Shown: positions 31,501-39,400 of the stretch, piece by piece
Numbering within the stretch: the stretch's first letter is position 1
Layout of the letters: each line of letters opens with the position of its first letter
From: a virus
DNA length: 64,000 nucleotides
Strand: one strand, 5' to 3'
Virus record (IMG/VR): IMGVR_UViG_3300035704_000393
Span: 1-64,000 of that record
Program-made: the position numbers and the translations under genes
Notes under the pieces: generated by a model
What the model was told of the DNA's origin: nothing
The model's input: the letters and a program-made list of their open reading frames with translations, nothing else
The model's database searches: none

Positions 31501-34500
31501 GCCAGCCCGGGTCGCTGGAAGCCTACGTCACGCTCAGCAACGCCATCCACGAGATGGAGTCGATGACCGGCCCGGACGCTGACACCACCGCCTACGCCGG
31601 GTACCTCGCCCAGGCCGCCCGCACCCAGCCAGACCCCCTCATCCGCAGGCGGATCAACGACCTGATGACCCGGCTCGGCATCACCGGCGGCGGCACCGTC
31701 GACAACCCGGCTTACGACCGGGCTGTCACCCGGCTGATCGGCGACCTCCAGAAGCAGTGGGCCAAGCTGTCCGGCGACCAGCGCCCGCCCTACCAGCAGG
31801 CCGCCGAGCACCTCGGCGGCATGATCGAGGACCTCAAAGCCGACCACGCCCAGCTGGCCGCCTACGACTTCACCGGCCGCGACTTCTCCACCACCGGGCA
31901 CGCGCTGGCCGAAATCCAGCACCTGGGCGACCCCGGCCTGGCCAAGTGGGCCATCAAGATGAAAGCCCAGGCGGCCAAGGCCCAGCAGATCCCGGCGGCC
32001 CGGCACGACACCGTACCCGAGTACGCCCACGGGCTCGCCGCCCCCGCCAAACTCGCCTCCAGCGGGTCGTGGGGCCACTACCCGATCCTGACCGCCAACG
32101 CCCAGCAATGGGTCCAGTCGATCGCCCGCAGCGAACACAAAACCGGGCTCGGCAAGCAGGGCACAGCCGGGTACAAGCGGACCGTCGAGCTGGCCGACGA
32201 GATCAACCGGGAAGGAACCGCCGGGAAGATCACCGCGATGGCCCGCCAGGTCCTCCGCAACCAGGGCATCGACCCCGACACCGCCGACCCCTCCGTGCTC
32301 GCCGACGTCCGCGACGAGATCATCGCCACCTACGGCGACCCAAGCTCGGCCGGGCACGGCGCCGCCGCCGCCTACAAAGCCGCCCGCCGGGTCGCTAGGC
32401 AGCGGCAGCAGGGATACCAGCGGCAAGGCGGCACGATGGTCAAATTCGGCGCCGCCGCCGACGACGCCGACGACGAGGACGCCCAGCCGCCCGTCAGCGC
32501 CACGCTGACCCCGGCCGGCGCGCAGGCCGAACGGATCAGGGCCTGGGCCTGGCACGACCCCGGCGCCCGCCTCGACCAGGCCAGGGCGCAGGTCCGCCAG
32601 CTCGCCGAGCAGACCACCGACCCGGCCGCCCTGCGCCAGGTCCAGGACGCCGGCCGCAGCCTGGCCACCCTCGCCGCCCTCCGGCAGCCCGCCGCCGGCC
32701 CCGCCGCGGCGTTCCGCCCGGACGAGGCGCGCGACCCGCACACCGGCAAATGGACGGGCGGCCCCGGCAGCACCGTCACCGCCCGCGAGCGTGTCACCGG
32801 CGCTAACGGCGCAGTACAGCCATCCCTGACCACCGCCCAGCAGCAGCACCTGGCGGCAGCCGCCAGGGCCGCGAAAAAGACCATGACACCCGCCCAGCGG
32901 CACGCCGTCGAGCAGTGGACCAGCGCCCGCGGCATGGTGCACCGTATCCAGGCCGGCCAGGTCTCCGACGCCACCGCCACCGCGTTCGACCAGGCCATGC
33001 ACGCCGCCCCGAAAGTCGACGGCCTGGTCTACCGCGGAGTGCTGCCCGGCAGCCACGGCGCCCAGGTCGCCGAGCACCTGACCCCGGGCGACATGCTGAC
33101 CATAGACAAGCCGGTATCGACCTCGGCCGACCCCCGGCAGGCGGTCTCATTCGGCAACGACCTGTACGAAATCGACTCGCCAGCGGCGGCCTACGTCTCC
33201 GGCGTCGCCCCCGGCTACGCCTACGAGAAAGAAGCCGTCCTGGCCCCCGGCCGGTACCAGGTCGTCAGCACGGAAACCGGCAAGATCAACTACCTCAGCG
33301 TCCGCAAGACCGGTCCCGTCCGCATCATCCGGCTCCGCGACGTCACCACCGGCGACCGGACCTGGCGGCCATCCGCCACCGCAGCCACCCCGGCCGCCGC
33401 GGCGCCGCCCGGCGGCGAGGACAACCGGGCGCACCGGTTCCTGGACGGCGCCGGCACCGGCGAGTTCACCCCGGCCGGCACCCTCGCCGCAGCCGGCGTG
33501 GTGACCGCAGACTCCGACTTCGAGCGCAAGCACCCCCGCAGGCCCGACGGGAAGTTCGGCCACGGCCCCGGCGGAACCGTCCGGCCCGACAACGACCAGC
33601 TGATCACCGACAGCCTGTACCGCCTGTACCAGGCCGAGCAGGACCCCGACGCCCGCGCCGCCGTCCAGCAAGCCGGCCGCGCCTACGCCGACCACGACCT
33701 GCCCGCCGCCGCCCGCGCGCTCCGCGACGCAGCAGGCCACGCCACCAACCCCGGGATCTACACCTACCTCGCCGGCCGCGTCGAGGACCGCCACGCCGCC
33801 CAGGCCAGCGAACCCGCCAGGGCGATCGCCGTCGCCGGCCCGGCCGCCAGGGCCACCGCCGCGGCCCTGGACAAGGCCCTGGCGTCCGGCGGGGAACACG
33901 ACACCAGGCCCGGCGAGGACCTCCCGGCAGGCTCCGACGAGCGGCGCTTCTTCGGGAACACCGCCGACACGGCCATCGTCACCTACGCCGACGGGTCCAA
34001 GTGGGTCCGCAAACGCGGCAACCGCCTGCACCCCTTCACCAACGATGACGTCAACCACGAAGTCGCCTACGCCCGCGTCGCCCGCGCGCTCGGCATCCCC
34101 GCCCCCATCGCCATCAAGCACACCGGCCCCGACGGCCGGCCCGAACTGTACGAGCCGTTCGTCACCGGCGGCATCCCCGCGATCGAATGGACCGGCGGCC
34201 TCGACCCGACCGAAGGCGACGACCCCGAACCCGGCCGCGACCCCGCCCAGCTGTACGACACCCGCGAAGGCCGCATGATCGGCCTGGCCGACTCGATCGC
34301 CGGAACCTCCGAACGGCACCTCGGGAACTGGCTCGTCGTCCACGACGCCGCCGGCGACCACCCCGTCCCGATCGACAACAACGACGCCACCTTCGGCCCC
34401 GTGTTCGGGTCGATCACCCCGTTCGCCGACTTCGACCCGCCCCAGCTCGCCGCCGAAACCGACGCCGACGAGTGGGCACAGTGGCAGGCCGGCCTGGAGG

Positions 34501-34598
34501 CCCTGCAACCCGAGTTCGCCCAGCTCGGCATGACCACCGAATGGCGCAACGTGATGAGCAACTACACCGAGGCCAAACGCCAGGCAGGCGAGACATGA
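25542..34598 (+). CDS. Giant portal (DUF935/Mu gp29-like) - MuF head morphogenesis - multi-effector polyprotein, 3018 aa
   Basis: AAGGAGG RBS; portal motifs (YGRMRRD.KI, NWAGVSMLR, RWGMGMP); MuF C-terminal CCQPC...CLGGLRCRG; hydrolase GHSYG; HELIH; ART YRG/STS/EKE; kinase-like ERHLGN...IDN. Confidence 0.85.
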   Translation: MPARTRMNGVPTTPVGRPDVVWGLPGQGGLLTEWAETVPDLTWPESIRTYGRMRRDSKIAAVLSAFFMPILRTNWAVDPEGVTKAKAVDLVAADLGLPVLGQKGPPPAMATVPGFHWGEHLRLALLHYIYGFFPFERWYNAKSKDGLTHLAGLDERLPHTIALIDLADNGQIKSVTQNTQLNPLTANRLLWYVNEREGANWAGVSMLRAAYTPWVLKHETMRVHATSIRRWGMGMPVVKAPPGGTPGQVSQAQQLASGMRAGDTAGVGLPDGFSVEIAGMTGSVPDALGFLNYCDQQIASAALAVFLELGLSSGGARALGDTFLDMFLLSLQAAADAIADTISYGVPAMPGIARALTDINFGEDEPCPRIVATDVGDRHEITATAIQQLVMCGAVQPDDGLEAFIRQAWDFPARTTPRTPPAPPKAPGAPGGPPNPAAPSSPNPAAPGPQPGAPRPLTGPPGRRGGQPATGPARSAGGPTAAAGVEASAGGGLRRPLTELEAAAGLDPEAMRADLETATSRVLGQWGSVLRAQRADLADQVAAAVDDGQLHQLAALQAPSGDAADVLYRAMAAVAARAAGRMVAEAAGQGVTINLADVAINHPRLRQLATARALMAGQTLATAASRRALQVVTATAGTDAAREVTAVLAGLSPKPLADQLTAAMHSAANEARFAVLDAGPGATYTATELADDPNCCQPCHDVDGHQFASLADARASYANGAYIHCLGGLRCRGTVVASWPEEGGQPAEPGWPHNLTPPPDLTIGPGVAAGFDPGERRDPHTGQWTGEGGSTARTLTRKGHGKLSAVDRLGAIRADGTFEPITAAEGARGDSRPVSMAEFQRLAAEGREKLARFRAESAAPAGLDAKWDTIKNDAWAEVQKPWGGATIDAHTGEPLQTAAARYALTVKPVDLDPVSVPEKASEAQFKAAMDEARRRFADQLAARQAYLGVFHDDDQGRIDIDPTLVVDNLHDVETIGAFTHAIGGAYNFADGNGYWPPHVAEQAGLAPAAAAKDDEQGKPVPFKGPGQWRTQADKARRDALKRLQEQGGSDEHAGPDTTTATAVRIDVTLNPGHDLPDWHQPDHGTLASAQDEIGRLRDWPGGGAAIREVVVRPKGEAAHAAADTPGGAWTVRYVFARSRPAFDPREARDTAGRWTSTGLKEALRLPGAHRIDAADQPGHAIIAFGDPATARHVVTYVPGVGDDKGLPGEARRALATRRAADAEHKGDSAVILWQGYHRPGSLHDALSKTDALGGAPGLAAFEQHLRQINPSAHQTVIGHSYGSVVAGEAARLHHMRPDDLVFVGSPGTTARTVTDLGMDPRHVWAGAHTQDPVARLAPVLSEDFHGSPTSLDYGAQPFAADTPGQEFPGVFHGAAHSSYWSGTSQALPNMAAIAAGDYGKVLRKRPAPVTVSASHAEAATLVTAALRQDDAAPVAAGSDFDLKHPRGYHGRFGHGVGPPRKTRIPAGLDSGDRKMIADQLTAWAKAEKDDSLKTALGMVATSYADGDYPGAAYRLRLAADRAAQLGRPLDHDQMNTIAGLIGKLGTGGGGEGYPGQHRDQISSHWRAETDPEAKQHLNVAGAAYGNNQYDQAADELREAAGRVGPLGRTADRDTYLALADAIEQEGQDNGISHAAQLLTAIGTETDATNVGTIADQLSYAHRVIEAAHQGTRWRSQAAGYLRQAADLARATGDSQAANRYENLAHRATHLPDEQAPGDRDVTALLARAAPDVPELLGGGDQRWNGRLGTFTKTDQPDYLGFTYPDGHIEFRTDVVNGLLDAQAHPGKVMPEPDNLDVVLHELIHDTTGGRTEQDKKDWAALPPAEQNALGGIHEMDQHDDPSGRGNPIARAPSQIQRVHLWITKAQLDSLVSRGLMEKTGTSSGGGDGSLEPDIRLAGKALRIMPHADSAADGDAYTSVTGHDIEEGFTELGSTQHMEQFAKDQGFAQVMTPRLSVAPLGTPPTEKQVLDVQDDLKTLYDDAGKVGGQPGSLEAYVTLSNAIHEMESMTGPDADTTAYAGYLAQAARTQPDPLIRRRINDLMTRLGITGGGTVDNPAYDRAVTRLIGDLQKQWAKLSGDQRPPYQQAAEHLGGMIEDLKADHAQLAAYDFTGRDFSTTGHALAEIQHLGDPGLAKWAIKMKAQAAKAQQIPAARHDTVPEYAHGLAAPAKLASSGSWGHYPILTANAQQWVQSIARSEHKTGLGKQGTAGYKRTVELADEINREGTAGKITAMARQVLRNQGIDPDTADPSVLADVRDEIIATYGDPSSAGHGAAAAYKAARRVARQRQQGYQRQGGTMVKFGAAADDADDEDAQPPVSATLTPAGAQAERIRAWAWHDPGARLDQARAQVRQLAEQTTDPAALRQVQDAGRSLATLAALRQPAAGPAAAFRPDEARDPHTGKWTGGPGSTVTARERVTGANGAVQPSLTTAQQQHLAAAARAAKKTMTPAQRHAVEQWTSARGMVHRIQAGQVSDATATAFDQAMHAAPKVDGLVYRGVLPGSHGAQVAEHLTPGDMLTIDKPVSTSADPRQAVSFGNDLYEIDSPAAAYVSGVAPGYAYEKEAVLAPGRYQVVSTETGKINYLSVRKTGPVRIIRLRDVTTGDRTWRPSATAATPAAAAPPGGEDNRAHRFLDGAGTGEFTPAGTLAAAGVVTADSDFERKHPRRPDGKFGHGPGGTVRPDNDQLITDSLYRLYQAEQDPDARAAVQQAGRAYADHDLPAAARALRDAAGHATNPGIYTYLAGRVEDRHAAQASEPARAIAVAGPAARATAAALDKALASGGEHDTRPGEDLPAGSDERRFFGNTADTAIVTYADGSKWVRKRGNRLHPFTNDDVNHEVAYARVARALGIPAPIAIKHTGPDGRPELYEPFVTGGIPAIEWTGGLDPTEGDDPEPGRDPAQLYDTREGRMIGLADSIAGTSERHLGNWLVVHDAAGDHPVPIDNNDATFGPVFGSITPFADFDPPQLAAETDADEWAQWQAGLEALQPEFAQLGMTTEWRNVMSNYTEAKRQAGET

Positions 34599-36247
34599 CG
34601 ACCCTCGCCGTGTACTCCGCCACCCGCCTCCTGGGCGAGATCACCCTCGACGGCAAGAGGCTGACCGGTTCCACCCCCGCGCTGCAAAACGTCGCCGACG
34701 TCGTAGCCCAGCGGGCCGGCGGCGACGTCGCCAAGGCATACGCCGCGCTGACCGGCTGGACCAACGGCTACCTCACCATCACCACCGCCCCGGCCGCGGC
34801 AGGCGGCGGAGCACAGGCCGCGGCCTGGGACCCGGCCAAACACCGGCGCAAAAACAGAGGCCAGCCCGGCGGCGGCGAGTTCACCGACACGGACGGCGCC
34901 GGCCTGCCGCCGGTCCCCGACCTGTCCAAGATGAGCCGCGACCAGCTCATCACCCTGCTAGCCGACCAAGCCGGGTGGGTTGTCGACCATAATCTCGGCG
35001 GCCACCCGGAAGCCAGGGAACGGCTCCGCGCGATACGAGACGCGCTGCACGCCGGACCCGCCGGCCAGGCGCCCGGCGGCCCCCGGCCAGGCACCCCCGA
35101 GGCGCTGCTCGCCAGCATGACCGGGAACTACGACATCGAACCCGGCGTGCCCGCCGCGCAGAAACAGCACATCGCCGCCGCGCTCGCCCGGCTCCCCGCC
35201 CCGGTCCGCCAGGACATCAAGAACTACGGGACGATGCGGCAGGTCTCCATCCGCCAGCACAACTGGCAGACCGAGGCCCCCGAAGGCACCGTCACCGCGA
35301 TCGGCAGCTACAACACGGACAGCCGCACCCTGACGATCTCCGCCGACTCCGGGGACGCAGCCCAGACAGCGGTCCACGAATCGCTGCACGCCTGGGACCG
35401 GGGACCAACCGGCGCCCCCGGCCGGTTCTCCCGCCAGCCAGACTTCACCGCGATCGCCGGCCTGATCCGCGACGCCGCCCGCCGCCACCCCCGGCTGGCC
35501 GACCCGCACTACGCACCGGCCGGCGCCCCGCCCGGCCGCCTGGGCCAGCGGCTGCTCGACGCGGGCAACGCGGAGATGTTCGCCGAACTCGGCGCCGACT
35601 ACCTCGCCGGCTACCCGTACAACCTCCATGACCGGGGCTCGGCGACCGGGGCGCTGCCCCCGCCCATCCGCGCCAGACTGGACGCCTACTACACCGGCGT
35701 CTTCCACATCCCCCGCAAGCCCGCCCGGCGCACGACAGCCGCCGCGGCGGACGCCGCCGACCTGACGGCCCTGTCCTGCGTCAGGACAACCAACCCGCCC
35801 AGCTGGCTCTTTACCACCGCCGACGGCACGGCAGTCAGCCCCGAGACCGGCGAGCCCGCAGCGCCCGGCGCTGCCGCCGCGGCATCCCGGACCGACGAAG
35901 CCCGCGGCCCGGATGGCCGGTGGATAGGCGGCGACGCTCACGGCCGGTTCTTCCACGGCACCCGGGCCACCTACGAACCAGGCCGGGTGCTCAGCGGCCA
36001 AGTGCACTACTACACCGGGTACCGGCCCCAGGCGGCGAGCTACGCCCAGGGCGCCACACAGCACGGCCCGGCCCGCGTCTACCAGGTCGAGCCCATCGAG
36101 GGCCACGAACGCGACCCGGAGTATCCCGACACCGGCGAGAAGGTCCAGTGGCCGCCGGGCGGCGCGTGGCGAGCCCGCAAGGTCCGCGTGATCCGCGAGG
36201 TCAGCCACTCGGAGATGCCCCAGCCGGAGGACACCCCCGCGGTTTAG
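34595..36247 (+). CDS. Head-associated multidomain protein: Zn-metallopeptidase plus Arr-like ADP-ribosyltransferase
   Basis: ATGA overlap with portal; HESLHAWD...EMFAE; FFHGT...HYYT...RVYQVEP...DP. Confidence 0.75.
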   Translation: MTTLAVYSATRLLGEITLDGKRLTGSTPALQNVADVVAQRAGGDVAKAYAALTGWTNGYLTITTAPAAAGGGAQAAAWDPAKHRRKNRGQPGGGEFTDTDGAGLPPVPDLSKMSRDQLITLLADQAGWVVDHNLGGHPEARERLRAIRDALHAGPAGQAPGGPRPGTPEALLASMTGNYDIEPGVPAAQKQHIAAALARLPAPVRQDIKNYGTMRQVSIRQHNWQTEAPEGTVTAIGSYNTDSRTLTISADSGDAAQTAVHESLHAWDRGPTGAPGRFSRQPDFTAIAGLIRDAARRHPRLADPHYAPAGAPPGRLGQRLLDAGNAEMFAELGADYLAGYPYNLHDRGSATGALPPPIRARLDAYYTGVFHIPRKPARRTTAAAADAADLTALSCVRTTNPPSWLFTTADGTAVSPETGEPAAPGAAAAASRTDEARGPDGRWIGGDAHGRFFHGTRATYEPGRVLSGQVHYYTGYRPQAASYAQGATQHGPARVYQVEPIEGHERDPEYPDTGEKVQWPPGGAWRARKVRVIREVSHSEMPQPEDTPAV

Positions 36248-36438
36248 TCCTCGGCCTGGCGGAACAGGGTCCCCACGCCGCCGTCCCCGGGCGGATTATC
36301 TCCCCCGCGGACGTCCCGCTGGTCCAGCTCCAGGCAGGTCACGCAGACGAACCCCCGGTAGAACGGCTTCCAGAAGCCCACCCCGGCGCAGCCAGGACGC
36401 CGCCTCCGGCACTCGCCAGCTACCTGCTCGATGAACAT
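36244..36438 (-). CDS. Single antisense small Cys-rich gene (leaderless)
   Basis: C-x6-C...CVTC; ATG 5 nt after TAAGCT. Confidence 0.5.
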   Translation of the reverse strand: MFIEQVAGECRRRRPGCAGVGFWKPFYRGFVCVTCLELDQRDVRGGDNPPGDGGVGTLFRQAED

Positions 36439-36485
36439 GCCTCAGCTTAAACCGCCGGGGCCGAAGCGCACACGGGAGGCCGCTG

Positions 36486-39400
36486 GTGCCCTACACCACC
36501 GCTGGCGGCTGGGCCAGCCTCGACCTGGCCGGCCCGCCGCCCGACCTCACCGGGTGGCTAACCGGCGCCGCCGCGATACCCGGCAGGCCCTGGCACGTGG
36601 TGATCGAGAACCACCCCGGCTGCACGCCCGACAAGCCGCATGGCATCGTGGCCGGCGGCGAGCGGCTGCTCGCCTGCCACGCCACCCCCGAAGAGGCCCG
36701 GGCGATCGCCGAGAAGCTCGACCTGTCCGAACCATCCGGCGTCGGCGACAGCAGCACCGGCGGGACCAGCGCGGCGTTCGACCCGGCCAGGCACCCGCGG
36801 ATCGAGCACGGCCACGGCGGCGGCGAGTTCACCCACAACCCGTTCGGCATCCCCGCGCCGACCCCCGGCACCGCCGGGCACCTGCACGACGGGATCACCG
36901 ACCCGCCCCCGTCTCAGGCGCTGAAAATGAAGGGCGCGTTCACCCTCGCCGGCCTCGGCCCGGACGACAAGCTGCTCGGCAAGGTCAACGCCAAGCTCAC
37001 CCGGCCGCTGATGGGCGCCGGCCCGAACAAGGGGAAAGTCCGCCGCCCCGCCGTCCCGCCCTACCGGCAGTCCGTCACGAAAACCTCCGCCGCGATGATG
37101 GCCCTGATCGAACAGCAGGGCACCCTCGAAGAGGGCAAGAAGTGGTACCCCGACGAGCACGAGATGAACCACCGCCGGGCGCTGGCCTACCACGTCCCGA
37201 TCGACCGCGCGATCGGCGTCGAAGCCGCCACCTGCCCCCGCGTCCAGTGGATCATCAACCAGCGGGTCACCAACGAGCTGCTGGACGAGGTACCCAAAGC
37301 CGGCCGCACCATCGAGAAGATCAAGATCGCCCACCACTTCGGCGGCGGCGTCATGGCCAGCTTCCGCGACGAGGGCGTCGACATCATCCTGAACGGCGAC
37401 GTCGACCACGTGCTCGGCGGCACCAAACGCCGCAACTTCTACAACAACATCATGTGGCCCGGGCAGACCGATTCGGTCACCGTCGACACGTGGATGCTCC
37501 AGGCCCTCAAGCCGCTCGGCCTGAACGACCAGCAGGCAATGGCGCTCGGCGAGCAGTCCGTGGCCGGGCTGGCCGACGGGCTCGGCAAGGTCATCGTCGC
37601 CGACGCGCTCCGCGACGCCACCGCCCGCTACCGCGCGCAGGGCGTCGACATCACCCCCGACGGCGTGCAGGCCGCCGCCTGGATCGCGATCCAGAAGCAG
37701 CTCGGCCTGTCCGACCCCTCCGCCCACGACAACCCCCGCGACACCGCCTACATGCTGCACGCCGCGTTCCGCAGCGAGCTGCACCCCCGCACCGGCAAGG
37801 GCCAGAAGGGCGCCGGCGAGTTCGCCAGGCTGGAGCTAGGCGGCGGCGGCAGGCACACCGGCCCGGGCTCGTTTGAGCACATCCGCTCGATCGAGCACCT
37901 CGCCGACGAGATCGACACCGCCAACCTGGCCGGCGGCGGCGGCCGGTCCGAGACCGCAGCCGCGCTGCGGAACGTGGCCCGGCACGTCGGCCTGCGGCAG
38001 GTCGACGTGGCCAGGCAGCACATGGCGGTCGCCCTGGCCGCCGCGAAACGCGACAAGCTAGGCGACCTCCAGATGCGCGACCTGCGCGCCATTGCCGCAA
38101 GCCTGGACAACATCCCCAAGGGCACCTACCCCGAGCCCGGGTTCGGCGAGCGCGCCAAGGACGAGGAAGCGCCCCCGTCGATCCAGCGGCACCGCCGCCA
38201 GGGGCCGGGCTACTTCCCCTCCCGGGTCCACCAGGCGGCAGCCCAGCCGGACCCGGACGACGACGGCGGCGAGCTGACCGACGACCAGTGGGACGCCGAG
38301 CTGCTGCTCCAGTACCTGGAGTGGCTCGCCGAAGCGGTCCCCGGCGGCGTCGACCTCGGCTCGCCCGGCTCCGCCCGCCTCACCGGCGGGCTGGCCGCGG
38401 ACAACCCGGCCGCCTGGAAACTCGCCCTCGCAGACCCACGTTTCGGGAGGCTCGGCATGACCACCGCCCAGGCCAGGCAGGCCGCCCGCGGCACCGCGCC
38501 GCCACCGCCAGCCGCACCGCAGGCCGCCTGGAACCCGCTGAGGCACCCGCGTAACAAGCAAGGCGAATGGACCGCGGACGGCGCCGCCAAAGACATCGCG
38601 ACGTCGGCGAAGTCCGTACACCCGAACGTCTGGAACATGGGCGGGGGCGGCGCCGTCGACGCCCTGCACCGCGGCGACCTGCGCGAAGCCCAGGCCAACC
38701 TGGCCCGCGCCCGCGACTTCGCCGCGCTCACCCACCGCGACCAGGACCAGGCGGTGATGCAACGGCACCTCGATGCCGTCACCGAGCACCTCAAGACACC
38801 CGCCCAGCGGGTCGCCGAGATGGAGCAGGCAGACAAGCCGCTGATCAACCGGGCCGAGGTCACCGCCGAGCCGAACTACCCCGGGTCGGCCGCCAAGAAT
38901 GTCCACGACAGCGACGGCAACCTCGTCGGCATGGTGTTCCCGCACCCGGACGGCAAGGGCGGCTACCAGGCCACCGACGATCAGGGCGCCAAGATCGGAC
39001 TAGACCGGATGCCAAGTGAGGACGCGGCTATCGGCGAGGTGGTCGCCGAGCGGAACCGCAAGCAGCTGACCGCCGCCGCCGCCAGCCAGCCCGCCGGCCC
39101 GGTCACCGTCCGGGAGAACCACCCGGAATGCCCGGCGCACGCCCCGCACGGCACCGTCGACTCCCGCACCGGCGAGCTGGTCATGTGCCACCGCACCAAG
39201 GACCAGGCCCAGGACCTGGCGCTCACCCTGAATTTCCCCGACGCCACCCCGGTCACGCCCGGCGCCGTCATGCAGGTCGGTGCGGCCAAGGGCGGCTTCC
39301 GGGAGGACCTGCACCCGCGCCGCGGACGCGGCAAGGGCGGCGGGGAGTTCGCCCCCAAGGGCCAGGGCGGCGGGCAGCCCGCCAGCCAGCGCACCCTCCA

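Noticed and set aside
35930-36247. Calling this a rifampin-resistance gene (arr)
   Set aside because: Only motif-level similarity, embedded in a head polyprotein; substrate unknown
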